DNA from: Propionicimonas sp.
GTDB taxonomy: Bacteria; Actinomycetota; Actinomycetes; Propionibacteriales; Propionibacteriaceae
Assembly (NCBI GenBank): GCA_040774965.1
Contig: JAXGTK010000001.1
Coordinates: 1-44,179, forward strand
DNA: 44,179 nucleotides
Direction: 5' to 3'
The position numbers and the translations under genes were made by a program. The notes under the pieces are model-generated. The model worked only from the letters and a program-made list of their open reading frames with translations, searched no databases and had not been told where the DNA came from. Shown piece by piece: positions 9,102-18,751 of the stretch. Position 1 is the first letter of the stretch, and each line of letters starts with the position of its first letter.

Positions 9102-10583
9102 ATGGGACGGGACCTCTCCTCGGCCACGTTCACGCGTGAGCAACGGCAGCGCTACCGCGACAAGGTGAAGACCTGCCTCGACGTGTTCGAGCAGATGCTG
9201 GCCACCAGTTCGTTCGAGTTCGAGCGCCCCCAGGTCGGCATGGAGATCGAACTCAACCTGGTGGACGCCGGGTACCGCCCGCGAATGGGCAACGCGGAGG
9301 TCCTCTCCGCGATCGCCGACCCGGAGTACCAGACCGAGCTCGCCCGGTTCAACATCGAGTTCAACGTCGCCCCGCACGAACTCGGCGGCGAGGCCACGGT
9401 GGGGCTGGAGCGCGACCTGCGCGCGTCGCTGAACGAGGCCGAGCGGCGCAGTTCCGAACTCGGCGCCCACATCATCATGATCGGCATCCTGCCCACGGTG
9501 GAGCCCGGGACGTTCGAGGGTGACTGGATGAGCGCCAACGCCCGCTACCAGGCGCTCAACGATGCGGTGCTGGCCGCCCGCGGGGAGGACATCCACCTCG
9601 ACATCTCGGGTCCGTCGGGGGAGCGGCTGCTGCGCTACGCCGACTCGCTCGCCCCCGAGTCGGCGTGCACGTCGGTGCAGTTGCACCTGCAGGTGCGTCC
9701 GGCCGAGTTCGCGGCGCACTGGAACGCCGCACAGGTGCTGGCCGGCCCGCAGCTGGCGCTGGGTGCGAACAGCCCGTACTTCCTCGGCAAGGAGCTGTGG
9801 GCCGAGACGCGGATCGAACTGTTCACGCAGGCCGCGGACACCCGTCCCGAGGAACTGAGGAACCAGGGCGTCCGGCCCCGGGTGTTCTTCGGCGACCGCT
9901 GGATCACGTCCATCTTCGACCTGTTCGAGGAGAACACCCGCTACTTCCCGGCCATGCTGCCGGAGCTGGACGACGAGGACCCGCAGGAGGCCTTCGACGC
10001 CGGCCGTACACCGAAGCTGGCCGAGATGCGGCTGCACAACGGCACGATCTACCGCTGGAACCGGCCGATCTACGACATCGTGGACGGCCGCCCGCACCTG
10101 CGCGTGGAGAACCGCGTGCTGCCCGCGGGACCCACCATCGTCGACACCCTGGCGAACGCGGCGTTCTACTACGGCGCCCTGCGCTCGATGGTCGACGACG
10201 ACCGGCCGGTGTGGTCGCGGATGTCCTTCCACACGGCGACGGAGAACTTCGCGGTCGGGGCCCGCAACGGCATCGACGCGTCGCTGTTCTGGCCCGGACG
10301 CGGCGAGGTGCCGGCCAGCGAACTCGTCCTGCGCGAACTGCTGCCGCTGGCCCACGAGGGCCTGGACGCCTGGGGCGTGGACGCCCACGTGCGCGACCGG
10401 CTGCTCGGCGTGATCGAGGGGCGCTGCCTGACCGGCCGCAACGGCGCCGACTGGCAGGTCGCCACGGTTCGCCGGCTCGAGGAGCGCGGCGCGTCCCGGA
10501 CGGACGCCCTGCGCGGGATGCTCGCCGCCTACGCCGTCCGGATGCACTCCAACGAACCCGTGCACACCTGGGACCTGCCCTGA
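9102..10583 (+). CDS. Glutamate--cysteine ligase family 2 (GCS2-like) protein
   Basis: VGMEIELNLVD, QTELARFNIE, ESACTSVQLHLQV, LGANSP, YRWNRP, LRVENRVLPAGPT. CATACT lies 6 nt before the ATG. Confidence 0.9.
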   Translation: MGRDLSSATFTREQRQRYRDKVKTCLDVFEQMLATSSFEFERPQVGMEIELNLVDAGYRPRMGNAEVLSAIADPEYQTELARFNIEFNVAPHELGGEATVGLERDLRASLNEAERRSSELGAHIIMIGILPTVEPGTFEGDWMSANARYQALNDAVLAARGEDIHLDISGPSGERLLRYADSLAPESACTSVQLHLQVRPAEFAAHWNAAQVLAGPQLALGANSPYFLGKELWAETRIELFTQAADTRPEELRNQGVRPRVFFGDRWITSIFDLFEENTRYFPAMLPELDDEDPQEAFDAGRTPKLAEMRLHNGTIYRWNRPIYDIVDGRPHLRVENRVLPAGPTIVDTLANAAFYYGALRSMVDDDRPVWSRMSFHTATENFAVGARNGIDASLFWPGRGEVPASELVLRELLPLAHEGLDAWGVDAHVRDRLLGVIEGRCLTGRNGADWQVATVRRLEERGASRTDALRGMLAAYAVRMHSNEPVHTWDLP

Positions 10584-10602
10584 CCTGTGAGCTGCCTGTG
10601 AG
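10584..10602. promoter_or_regulatory. OmpR/PhoP-type direct repeat upstream of the H+-ATPase
   Basis: CCTGTGAG at 10584 and 10595 (11-bp period); the minus strand reads TCACAGG-N4-TCACAGG. Candidate promoter TTGCCC-N16-TACCTT at 10628-10655. Confidence 0.5.
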
Positions 10603-10715
10603 ATCCGGCACTCGTGGAGTTCTGCCCTTGCCCCTGAGAATTCGCTGTCTACCTTGGGTCGTGAGGGCCGCCGGGCAGTCTGGCGGCTGCATCCCACGGA
10701 ATCGAGGCGCGGCGA

Positions 10716-13241
10716 ATGACGGCCGCAGATCAACAGAGCGCATCCCCATCCACTGACCTGAGTACCATCCCCCTGGCCGAACTGGCCGGGGAACTGGACT
10801 CCGGACCACAGGGACTGACCGCCGCGGAGGCGGCGCGAAGACTCGCCGAGAACGGCCCGAACGCGGTCGAGGAGAAGCACCGCAACCCGGTTCTGGAATT
10901 CCTCGGCTATTTCTGGGCCCCGATCCCGTGGCTGATCGAGATCGCGCTCGTGCTCTCGATGATCCTCCAGCACTGGCCCGACGTGATCATCATCGCGGTC
11001 CTGCTGCTGATGAACGGCCTGGTCGGCTTCTACGAGGAGCACCAGGCGGCGGACACCATCGCCGCGCTGAAGAAGTCGCTCGCCGTCTCCGCCCGGGTGC
11101 GCAGGGACGGCTCCTGGATCGACGTGCCGGTGGCCGACCTGGTGGTCGGTGACGTCGTCCACGTCGCGCTCGGCGACATCGTCCCCGCCGACGTCAGGGT
11201 TCTCGTCGGCGAGAACATCTCCGTCGACCAGGCGGCCCTGACCGGTGAGTCGCTCCCGGTCACCCGCGAGGTCGGCGGCGAGCTCTACTCCGGTTCCGTC
11301 CTGGTCCACGGCCAGGCGGACGCCATGGTCATCGCGACCGGCGCGAACAGCTTCTTCGGCCGCACCACCGCCCTCGTCCAGAGCGCCGGCACCGTGAGCC
11401 ACTTCCAGAAGGCCGTGCTGCAGATCGGCCGTTTCCTGATCTACGCCGCGTTGATCCTCGTGTTCCTGACCACCGTGGTCTCGCTGGCCCGCGGCGGCAG
11501 TTGGTTGACCGCCGTCGAGTTCGGCCTGGTCGTGATCATCGCCTCCGTTCCCGTCGCCATGCCGGCGGTGCTGTCGGTCACCATGGCCGTCGGGGCCCGC
11601 AAGCTCGCCGATCAGCAGGCAGTGGTCAGCCACCTGCCGGCGGTCGAGGAACTGGGCGGGATCGACGTGCTCTGTTCGGACAAGACCGGCACCCTCACCC
11701 AGAACCGGATCAGCGTCGGCACGCCGTGGCTCGCGTCCGGCGTGGGCACCGACGACATCCTTCGGGCAGCGGTGGTGGCCACCGAGCCCGGCAGCACCGA
11801 CCCGATCGATCGGGCCGTGCTGGCCGCGCTGCCGGACGGGGGCCTGACCAAGGGCCTCGAAGTGACCGCGTTCACGCCCTTCGACCCGGTGACCAAGCGC
11901 ACCGAGGCGAGCGCGAGGACGGCCGACGGGACGCTCCTGCGGGCGACGAAGGGGGCTGCCCAGGCGGTGGCGGCGCTGTGCACCGGCACGGACACCGCGA
12001 CCCTGCACGGCTTTGACGCCGCCGTCGCCGACTTCGCCGCTCGCGGGGAACGCGCGCTGGCCGTTGCGTCCGCCGGTGCCGACGACGACTGGACCCTCCT
12101 CGGCGTGCTGCCCCTGAGCGACCCGCCCCGCGAGGACTCGGCGGCGACCATCGCGGCGGCGAAGGCGCTGGGCGTGCAGGTGAAGATGATCACCGGCGAC
12201 GCGCTCGCCATCGGCCGCGAGATGGCGGGCGAGGTCGGCATCGAGGGAGAGATCCTGGACGCCGAGAAGCTCAGCGGGGTCGCCTCCGGGGGCCCGGACG
12301 ACGTACCGTCGGCGGAGATCGTCGACCTCGTGGAGGCAGCCGGCGGTTTCGCCCAGGTGTTCCCGGAGCACAAGTACACGATCGTGCGGGCGCTGCAGTC
12401 CCGCGGCCACATCGTCGGCATGACCGGTGACGGCGTGAACGACGCCCCGGCGCTGAAGCAGGCGGACGCGGGCATCGCGGTCTCCGGGGCGACGGATGCG
12501 GCCCGCGCCGCCGGCGACGTGGTGCTGCTCACCCCGGGTCTGTCCGTGATCGTCAGCGCGATCCAGCTCGCCAGGGAGATGTTCGCCCGGATGACGAGCT
12601 ACACGATCTACCGGATCGCCGAGACGATCCGTGTGCTGCTGCTCGTCTCGGTCTGCGTGATCGCGTTCGGCTTCAAGCCGGTGACCGCGATCATGATCGT
12701 GATCCTCGCCCTGCTGAACGACGGCGCGCTGCTCTCGATCGCCTACGACCGCGCCGAGGGCGCCTCCAGCCCGTCCCGGTGGGACATGCGCCAGGTGCTC
12801 GTGATCTCCTCGAGCCTGGGCGTGCTCGGCGTCCTGGAGACCCTCGGCCTGGTGATGCTCGGCACCACGGTGTTCGGGCTCACCGGCGCGACCGGCCTGC
12901 TCGTCCTGCAGACGATGGTGTTCCTGAAGCTCGCGGTTTCCGGGCACTTCACCGTGTTCGTCGCCCGCACCACGGGACCCTTCTGGTCACACCCGGCGCC
13001 CTCCTGGCTGCTGCTGGGCGCGGTGATCTCCACGAAGGTCATCGCCACGGCCATCGCGGCGGCCGGATTCATGATGGCCCCGCTGTCGTGGGCACTGATC
13101 GGCGTGGTCTGGGGCTGGTCGATCCTGTGGTTCCTGGTCGAGGACCGGGTGAAGCTCGCCGCCTACGCCTGGCTGGCACGGCACCCCGCCGGTGGGCGGG
13201 AACGCCCGCCGATCGCTCAGCCCGTCACGAGCGCCGAGTAG
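10716..13241 (+). CDS. P-type ATPase, type IIIA (plasma-membrane proton-efflux type)
   Basis: LTGES, IIASVPVAMP (TM4), CSDKTGTLT, MITGD, GDGVNDAPALK, YRIAETI, ILALLNDG (TM6 Asp). Confidence 0.93.
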   Translation: MTAADQQSASPSTDLSTIPLAELAGELDSGPQGLTAAEAARRLAENGPNAVEEKHRNPVLEFLGYFWAPIPWLIEIALVLSMILQHWPDVIIIAVLLLMNGLVGFYEEHQAADTIAALKKSLAVSARVRRDGSWIDVPVADLVVGDVVHVALGDIVPADVRVLVGENISVDQAALTGESLPVTREVGGELYSGSVLVHGQADAMVIATGANSFFGRTTALVQSAGTVSHFQKAVLQIGRFLIYAALILVFLTTVVSLARGGSWLTAVEFGLVVIIASVPVAMPAVLSVTMAVGARKLADQQAVVSHLPAVEELGGIDVLCSDKTGTLTQNRISVGTPWLASGVGTDDILRAAVVATEPGSTDPIDRAVLAALPDGGLTKGLEVTAFTPFDPVTKRTEASARTADGTLLRATKGAAQAVAALCTGTDTATLHGFDAAVADFAARGERALAVASAGADDDWTLLGVLPLSDPPREDSAATIAAAKALGVQVKMITGDALAIGREMAGEVGIEGEILDAEKLSGVASGGPDDVPSAEIVDLVEAAGGFAQVFPEHKYTIVRALQSRGHIVGMTGDGVNDAPALKQADAGIAVSGATDAARAAGDVVLLTPGLSVIVSAIQLAREMFARMTSYTIYRIAETIRVLLLVSVCVIAFGFKPVTAIMIVILALLNDGALLSIAYDRAEGASSPSRWDMRQVLVISSSLGVLGVLETLGLVMLGTTVFGLTGATGLLVLQTMVFLKLAVSGHFTVFVARTTGPFWSHPAPSWLLLGAVISTKVIATAIAAAGFMMAPLSWALIGVVWGWSILWFLVEDRVKLAAYAWLARHPAGGRERPPIAQPVTSAE

Positions 13242-13504
13242 TCCGGGTGCTTCTCGATCCAGGCCGCGATGAACGGGCAGTCCGGACGCACGGTGTGCCC
13301 GCCCTGCTCGCGCACCTGGTCGAGGGCGCCCCGGGCCAGTGAGGTGGCGACACCCCGTCCGCCGAAGGCCGGATCCACCTCGGTGTGGTGGAACACCAGC
13401 ACGTCCCCGTCCGTCTCGTACTCGGCGAACCCGGCGAGCTCGCCGTCGAGGTACGCCTCGTAACGGGAGGCCTGCGGGTTGTGGGTGACGACCGGGGTGC
13501 ACAT
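13217..13504 (-). CDS. Small GNAT-family acetyltransferase (YjdJ-like)
   Basis: HTEVDPAFGGRGVA..L, VRPDCPFI..WIEKHPDY. TAGCAT lies 7 nt before the ATG. Confidence 0.9.
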   Translation of the reverse strand: MCTPVVTHNPQASRYEAYLDGELAGFAEYETDGDVLVFHHTEVDPAFGGRGVATSLARGALDQVREQGGHTVRPDCPFIAAWIEKHPDYSALVTG

Positions 13505-13530
13505 GGACACGATGCTACGGGTCGCGCGCC

Positions 13531-14163
13531 TCACTTCAGGGCCGGGAACACCGTCCCGAGACCGGCCACCATCATCTCCACCGCGATCGCGGCCAGGATC
13601 ATGCCCATCAGCCGGGTCATGATCGTGCGCAGCGTCTGGGACAGGTGGTGGCCGATCGCGGCGGAGAAGTAGAGCACCACGGCGAGGATCGCCAGAACCG
13701 CGGCCAGGGCGACGCCGATCGACACGTAGCCGGCCACCGTCGCGTTGCTGCCCGCGAGCAGCACCAGGGTGGCGATCGTGCCCGGCCCGACGATCATCGG
13801 GAACGCCATCGGGTAGAACGACGGGTCGTTCACCTGCGCGTGGTGCTCCTGCTCGGCCGGGGTACCGGTGTGCGCGCTGCTGCCGGTGCCGTTCAGCATG
13901 CCGAGGCCGATCATCAGCAGCACGATGCCGCCGGCGATCCGGAAGTCGTTCACGCTCACCCCGAAGAACGACAGCACCATCGAGCCGGAGACCAGGATCA
14001 CCCCGGCCAGGATCGCGCTGTACAAGGCGGTGCGCAGGCCCGTCCTGCGCTGCTGGGCGGCGTCGAACCCGCTGGTCAGCGACAGGAACATGGGCAGTGC
14101 CACGAAAGGGTTCATGATCGCGAACAGCGCTGCGAACGCCTTGACGAACAGGGCGACGTCCAT
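13531..14163 (-). CDS. MarC family membrane protein
   Basis: LFAIMNPF, FRIAGGIVL, YPMAFPMIVGPGTI, TRLMGMILAAIAVEM. Confidence 0.95.
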   Translation of the reverse strand: MDVALFVKAFAALFAIMNPFVALPMFLSLTSGFDAAQQRRTGLRTALYSAILAGVILVSGSMVLSFFGVSVNDFRIAGGIVLLMIGLGMLNGTGSSAHTGTPAEQEHHAQVNDPSFYPMAFPMIVGPGTIATLVLLAGSNATVAGYVSIGVALAAVLAILAVVLYFSAAIGHHLSQTLRTIMTRLMGMILAAIAVEMMVAGLGTVFPALK

Positions 14164-14165
14164 GG

Positions 14166-14732
14166 CTAGCCCGGCCTGATCGCCGAGAGCACCCGGGGGA
14201 CGAAATCGGCGTACTCGGACATGAAGCGGGCGAGGACCTCCCGGGTGGCCTCGTTGTGCACCGTGCCGTCCTCGCCGTACACCTCCGGGGAGTAGGTGAT
14301 GTAGACCTCCGGGGAGTTCAGCTGCGGTGCGTTCAGGAAGCTCAGCACGCTGCGCATCTGGGACTGCATGACCGCCGTGCCGATCGCACCGGTCGACGCT
14401 CCGACGATCGCGGTGGGCTTCCGCGCGAACGAGTTCTGGCCGCGCGGACGCGACCCCCAGTCGATGGCGTTCTTCAGGGCGCCGGGGATGGAGCGGTTGT
14501 ACTCCGGCGAGACGAACATCACCCCGTCGGCCGTCTGGAGTGCGGCCTTGTATGCGACCACCGGTTCGGGCAGGTCGTTCTCGTGGTCGGGCGAGAACAG
14601 GGGAAGGTCGCCGATCCCGACCTCGAAGAACTCGAGTTCCGGTGGCGCGAGGTTGATCAGGGCCCTCGCCACGCGCCGGTTGATCGACGTGCTCGACAGG
14701 CTGCCGATCAGGTAGGCGATGCGGTACGTCAC
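14166..14732 (-). CDS. NAD(P)H-dependent FMN reductase (ChrR/YieF-like)
   Basis: IGSLSSTSINR, SPEYNRSIPGALKNAIDWGSRP. Confidence 0.93.
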   Translation of the reverse strand: MTYRIAYLIGSLSSTSINRRVARALINLAPPELEFFEVGIGDLPLFSPDHENDLPEPVVAYKAALQTADGVMFVSPEYNRSIPGALKNAIDWGSRPRGQNSFARKPTAIVGASTGAIGTAVMQSQMRSVLSFLNAPQLNSPEVYITYSPEVYGEDGTVHNEATREVLARFMSEYADFVPRVLSAIRPG

Positions 14733-14824
14733 GGAAGTCCTTTCACGGGCTCGGGACCTCAGGTCTACCCCAGGGTTCCGGGCGCGGCAACCGGACGTAC
14801 CGCCGGCCGGGCGGTGCGGGGCGT

Positions 14825-16306
14825 TCAGGACTGCCAGAACAGCTGGTAGATCTTGCTGGACGGCGCCTCCATGAGGCTGTCGTAGTCTCCGGGCGGGAGC
14901 GCCTCCGCCGTGCCGGTGAGGTCGTGCCGGCCGACGAACGACACGCCGAGCCCGGCCCGGCCGTCCTCGGTGCCGAAGCCGAGCAGTTCGAGCGTGGTGG
15001 GCAGCACCGACAGCTGGTCGGCGTCCTCACGGGTGAAGGTGACCGGCTCGGGGCTGTGCACGCGGAAGAAGATCGTGCGCTCGGGGGCGTTCTCGAGTTC
15101 GGAACGGAACTGGTCGCTGTCGCCGGTGTTCTTGAGGTGGTCGCCCATCAGGACCACGACGGTGTCGTCCAGCACGCCGGTGTCCTTCAGGTAGGCGAGG
15201 AAGTCCGCCACGGCCCTGCCCGAGCACTTCAGGGCGGTCGCCATCCGGATCGGCTCGTCGTCGGTGCAGCCGGGGAAGACCGCTGCCGGCTCGTGGTTGT
15301 CGAGGGTCAGCAGGGTCAGGTTGTACGGCGTCCCCGCGTCGCGCAACTGCTGGAGGGTGTACCTCGCGTGCACGAACATCCGGGCGTCGGAGAGGCCCCA
15401 CAGCGAGATGTTCGCCGGGTTCTCGCCCATCGCCTCCCACTCCTCGCGGCCCTCGATCGAGGTGTAGCCGTGGTCGCGCAGGTAGGTGTCCTTGCCCGCG
15501 AACCGGAGGTTCGCCCCGTCCATGAACGCGTTGGTGTAGCCCTGTTTCGCGAGCACGTCGCCGAGGCAGGTCGCGCCCGGCAGGTAGGTCTCGACCTTTT
15601 CGCCCTGGGTGTTCGAGTTGACCCCGATGGTGAGCAGCTTGCTCTTGAGCGGGATGCCGCACTGGGTGCCGACGATCCCGGCCATGGTCCAGCCGCCGGT
15701 GGGGTACTGGTGCAGGGTCTCGTAGCTGTGCCAGCCGACAGTGGCGGCGTCGAGGTTCGCCAGCAGGTTCTCGCCGAAGATCGAGGTGTCGCGGTAGGTG
15801 TTCTCGGTCGACTCCAGGTAGATCGTGATCAGGTTGAGTGGCTTCGCAGGCGTGCTGGTGACCTGCGGGGTCTCGTAGTAGTCGGCGATCGAGCGGGGAT
15901 CGAGCTGGGCGGCCGCGAACTGGGGCACGCCCGCGACGGTGAGCAGGACGCTGAGCGCGACGACGAGCGCCAGCGTCGGGACCACCAGGTAACGACGGCG
16001 CAGCCGGGGCTGGGTACCCCGGTGGCGGCGCCACCACCAGCGACCGACGAAGAAGAGGGTGGTCAGGGCCAGCGGCACGACGACGCAGACGACGATCGCC
16101 TCGGTGAGCAGGTCGTTGTTGCCGACGCCCTCGCCGGCCGAGATCGGAAGGTTGTTGACGATCTGCTCGAAACTGACCGCGCCGAAGTGGAACCGGATCC
16201 AGCCGGCGAGGCTGACCAGGAACAGTGCGACGGTGGACAGCAACCAGGACAGGACGGTGCGCACACGCGGACCCCTGTACCCGGTTCTGCTCTCGTTCTG
16301 CGGCAT
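14825..16306 (-). CDS. Phosphoglycerol transferase MdoB/OpgB-like, LTA-synthase-family sulfatase
   Basis: N-terminal TMs, NLITIYLESTE, WTMAGIVGTQCGIPL, CLGDVL, WGLSD, TLDNH, MGDHL. Confidence 0.85.
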   Translation of the reverse strand: MPQNESRTGYRGPRVRTVLSWLLSTVALFLVSLAGWIRFHFGAVSFEQIVNNLPISAGEGVGNNDLLTEAIVVCVVVPLALTTLFFVGRWWWRRHRGTQPRLRRRYLVVPTLALVVALSVLLTVAGVPQFAAAQLDPRSIADYYETPQVTSTPAKPLNLITIYLESTENTYRDTSIFGENLLANLDAATVGWHSYETLHQYPTGGWTMAGIVGTQCGIPLKSKLLTIGVNSNTQGEKVETYLPGATCLGDVLAKQGYTNAFMDGANLRFAGKDTYLRDHGYTSIEGREEWEAMGENPANISLWGLSDARMFVHARYTLQQLRDAGTPYNLTLLTLDNHEPAAVFPGCTDDEPIRMATALKCSGRAVADFLAYLKDTGVLDDTVVVLMGDHLKNTGDSDQFRSELENAPERTIFFRVHSPEPVTFTREDADQLSVLPTTLELLGFGTEDGRAGLGVSFVGRHDLTGTAEALPPGDYDSLMEAPSSKIYQLFWQS

Positions 16307-16364
16307 GACAAGGGCGAATCCTACCAGTCCGCACCGATGCCGGTTCCGGTGACAGGATGGGCCC

Positions 16365-17768
16365 ATGACTGATCCGACCCTGTCCTCACAATTGCGGAGT
16401 GCCGTCGGCGAGGCGATGCCGCGGGCCCTCTCCGAGCTGACCGGACTGGTCGCGATCCCCTCGGTGTCGTGGCCGGCCTTCGACTCCAGCCAGGTCTGGC
16501 GCAGCGCGGAGGCGATCGCGGACCTGGCCCGGGCGTCCGGCGTGTTCGACGAGGTGGCCGTGCACACGGCGGCGATCCCGGGCACCTCCGGGACGGGGCA
16601 GCCCGCCGTCCTGGCGACCCGCGCCGGCCGGCCGGGGGAGCGTCGCGTCCTGCTCTACGCCCACCACGACGTGCAGCCGGCGGGGGACGAGGCGTTGTGG
16701 CTCAGCCCGCCGTTCCGGGCGACCGAGCGGGACGGGCGGCTGTACGGCCGGGGCACCGCGGACGACAAGGCGGGCGTGCTCACCCACCTGGCGGCGCTGC
16801 GGGCACTGCGCGAGGTCGTCGGCGACGACCCGGGGATCGGCATCACGCTGTTCGTGGAGGGCGAGGAGGAGTACGGCTCGAACTCGTTCGGCCAGTTCCT
16901 CAGCGACCACCGTGACGCGATGGCCGCCGACCTGATCGTGGTCGCCGACTCGGGCAACTGGGACTCGGAGACACCGGGCATCACGGTGGCCCTGCGCGGC
17001 ACGGCCCGGTTCACCCTGACCGTGCGGACGCTGGCGCACGCGCTCCACTCGGGCATGTTCGGCGGCGCGGTGCCCGACGCGATGCTGGCCGCGATCAAGC
17101 TGCTCGGCACGCTGTGGGACGAGAACGGTTCGGTCGTGGTGCCGGGACTGGCCCGGCGGGACGCGCCGACGCCGGCCTACGACGAGGCCCGCCTGCGGGA
17201 GGAGACCGACCTGCCCGCGGGCACGCGTCCGATCGGTCAGGGGAGCCTGCTGGACCGGCTCTGGAACCAGCCGTCGATCACCGTCACCGGGATCGACTTC
17301 CCGGGCACGGAGGAGGCGTCCAACACCCTGAACCCGGAGGTGTCGGTGGTGGTCAGCGCCCGGGTGGCGCCCGGCCAGGACGCCCACCAGGCGTACCAGG
17401 CGCTGCGTGCGCACCTGCTCCAGCACGCCCCCTTCGGCGCGGAGCTGGAGTTCAGCGAGGTCGACTGCGGGCAGGGCTTCCTGGCGTCCGACAGCTGGGG
17501 GATCGAGCTGGGCCGGGCCGCCCTCGCCGAGGGCTTCGGCGTGGAGCCGGTGGACGTCGGAGTGGGCGGGTCGATCCCGTTCATCGCCGAGCTCGCCCGG
17601 GAGTTCCCGGACGCGGCGATCCTGGTCACGGCCGTGCTGGACCCGCAGGCCGCTCCGCACAGCCCGAACGAGTCGTTGCACCTGGCGACGTTCGAGCACG
17701 CGATCCTCTCCGAGGCGCTCCTGCTGGCGTCCCTGCGGACCCCGGACCAGATTGGGGACGGTTCCTGA
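16365..17768 (+). CDS. M20 family dipeptidase
   Basis: YAHHDVQP, GRGTADDKAG, EGEEE, HSGMFGG, GGSIP, HSPNE. Confidence 0.95.
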   Translation: MTDPTLSSQLRSAVGEAMPRALSELTGLVAIPSVSWPAFDSSQVWRSAEAIADLARASGVFDEVAVHTAAIPGTSGTGQPAVLATRAGRPGERRVLLYAHHDVQPAGDEALWLSPPFRATERDGRLYGRGTADDKAGVLTHLAALRALREVVGDDPGIGITLFVEGEEEYGSNSFGQFLSDHRDAMAADLIVVADSGNWDSETPGITVALRGTARFTLTVRTLAHALHSGMFGGAVPDAMLAAIKLLGTLWDENGSVVVPGLARRDAPTPAYDEARLREETDLPAGTRPIGQGSLLDRLWNQPSITVTGIDFPGTEEASNTLNPEVSVVVSARVAPGQDAHQAYQALRAHLLQHAPFGAELEFSEVDCGQGFLASDSWGIELGRAALAEGFGVEPVDVGVGGSIPFIAELAREFPDAAILVTAVLDPQAAPHSPNESLHLATFEHAILSEALLLASLRTPDQIGDGS

Positions 17769-17824
17769 TTCGGTCCATCACCGGGAAGTGGACCGAATCA
17801 GGAACCGTCCCCAATTCGGTCCAC
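17744..17824. repeat. Pair of REP-like units forming a perfect 27-bp inverted repeat between convergent genes
   Basis: ATTGGGGACGGTTCCTGATTCGGTCCA (17751-17777), 11-nt loop, TGGACCGAATCAGGAACCGTCCCCAAT (17789-17815). Confidence 0.9.
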
Positions 17825-17828
17825 GTGC

Positions 17829-18686
17829 TCAGCCGAGGTCGCGGCGGATCAGCACGTAGTCGCCGACGGCGGTGTCGAGGAGGCGGGCGACGAGGGCGCA
17901 CTTCGCCTTGAGCAGGAAGTAGACGGGACGCCCGGGGCTGGACAGCGACTCGAAGTTGCCCTGGCCCTTGCTGATCACGACGTCGGCGTCGCGGAACAGC
18001 TCGCGGAACTCCGGCGTGCAGTCCTCGAGGATCGTGCCGGGCGCGACCGAGCCGGACGAGACGAGCGTGGCGTAGGCGTCCAGGCCGGCCTCGTGGGCCT
18101 CGGCGAGGGTGGCGTCGTTGATGATCGGCGCCTCCCGGACGGCGTAGACGAGCTCGCGTCCCCCGGCGGCCAGCGCGGCGAGCAGCACCTTGTCGAACAC
18201 GGTCTCTCCGGTGTTGTCGCCGAGCACCAGCACCGTCCGGGCGGACGCCAGGTCGGCGGTCAGCTCGGCGAGGTCGCAGCGGGCGAACGGCCGTTCGAGC
18301 TCCTCGGTGACGCAGGCGGCGATGTCGAGGTCGGCGTAGATCGCGGAGTCCATCACATTCCCGGTCACGGCCACCTTGAGCGCCGTCCGGAGCGGGTCGT
18401 CCGAGCCGTCCGCGAACTGCCACAACAGCGACTCCAGGCCGAGCGCGGCGTCCAGGTCGCGGCGCTTGACGCCCGCGTACGGGTCGGCCACACCGGTCTC
18501 GTGGCGGACGATCGCGTGGATCGCCTGCGCCATCGCCGGGGCGGTGGCGAATTCGGCCCGGCGGGAGAGGACGAGGGCGGCGCTGTCCATGATCCGCGCC
18601 TGGCACGCCTCGTCGGTGGTGGCCGTCCGTGCGGCCTCGAGCACCTGGCGGTGCATGCACGGCATGCAGTCGAGGAACAATTCCAT
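17829..18686 (-). CDS. DUF89/ARMT1-like damage-control phosphatase
   Basis: N-terminal DCMPC, GNVMD, GDNTGETVFD, PIINDAT, ISKGQGNFESL, LLKAKC. Confidence 0.92.
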   Translation of the reverse strand: MELFLDCMPCMHRQVLEAARTATTDEACQARIMDSAALVLSRRAEFATAPAMAQAIHAIVRHETGVADPYAGVKRRDLDAALGLESLLWQFADGSDDPLRTALKVAVTGNVMDSAIYADLDIAACVTEELERPFARCDLAELTADLASARTVLVLGDNTGETVFDKVLLAALAAGGRELVYAVREAPIINDATLAEAHEAGLDAYATLVSSGSVAPGTILEDCTPEFRELFRDADVVISKGQGNFESLSSPGRPVYFLLKAKCALVARLLDTAVGDYVLIRRDLG

Positions 18687-18751
18687 GGTGCTGGCAGGCT
18701 ATCGCGGCCGCCTGTGCCCGGGCTGCCGTGGCCACGGCCATGATTGGTGGC

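Noticed and set aside
9066-12947. 1293-aa antisense ORF and many other long overlapping ORFs (e.g. 370-2253, 2915-4723, 30526-32898)
   Set aside because: Shadow frames of well-supported genes in high-GC DNA, with biased low-information composition and no motifs.
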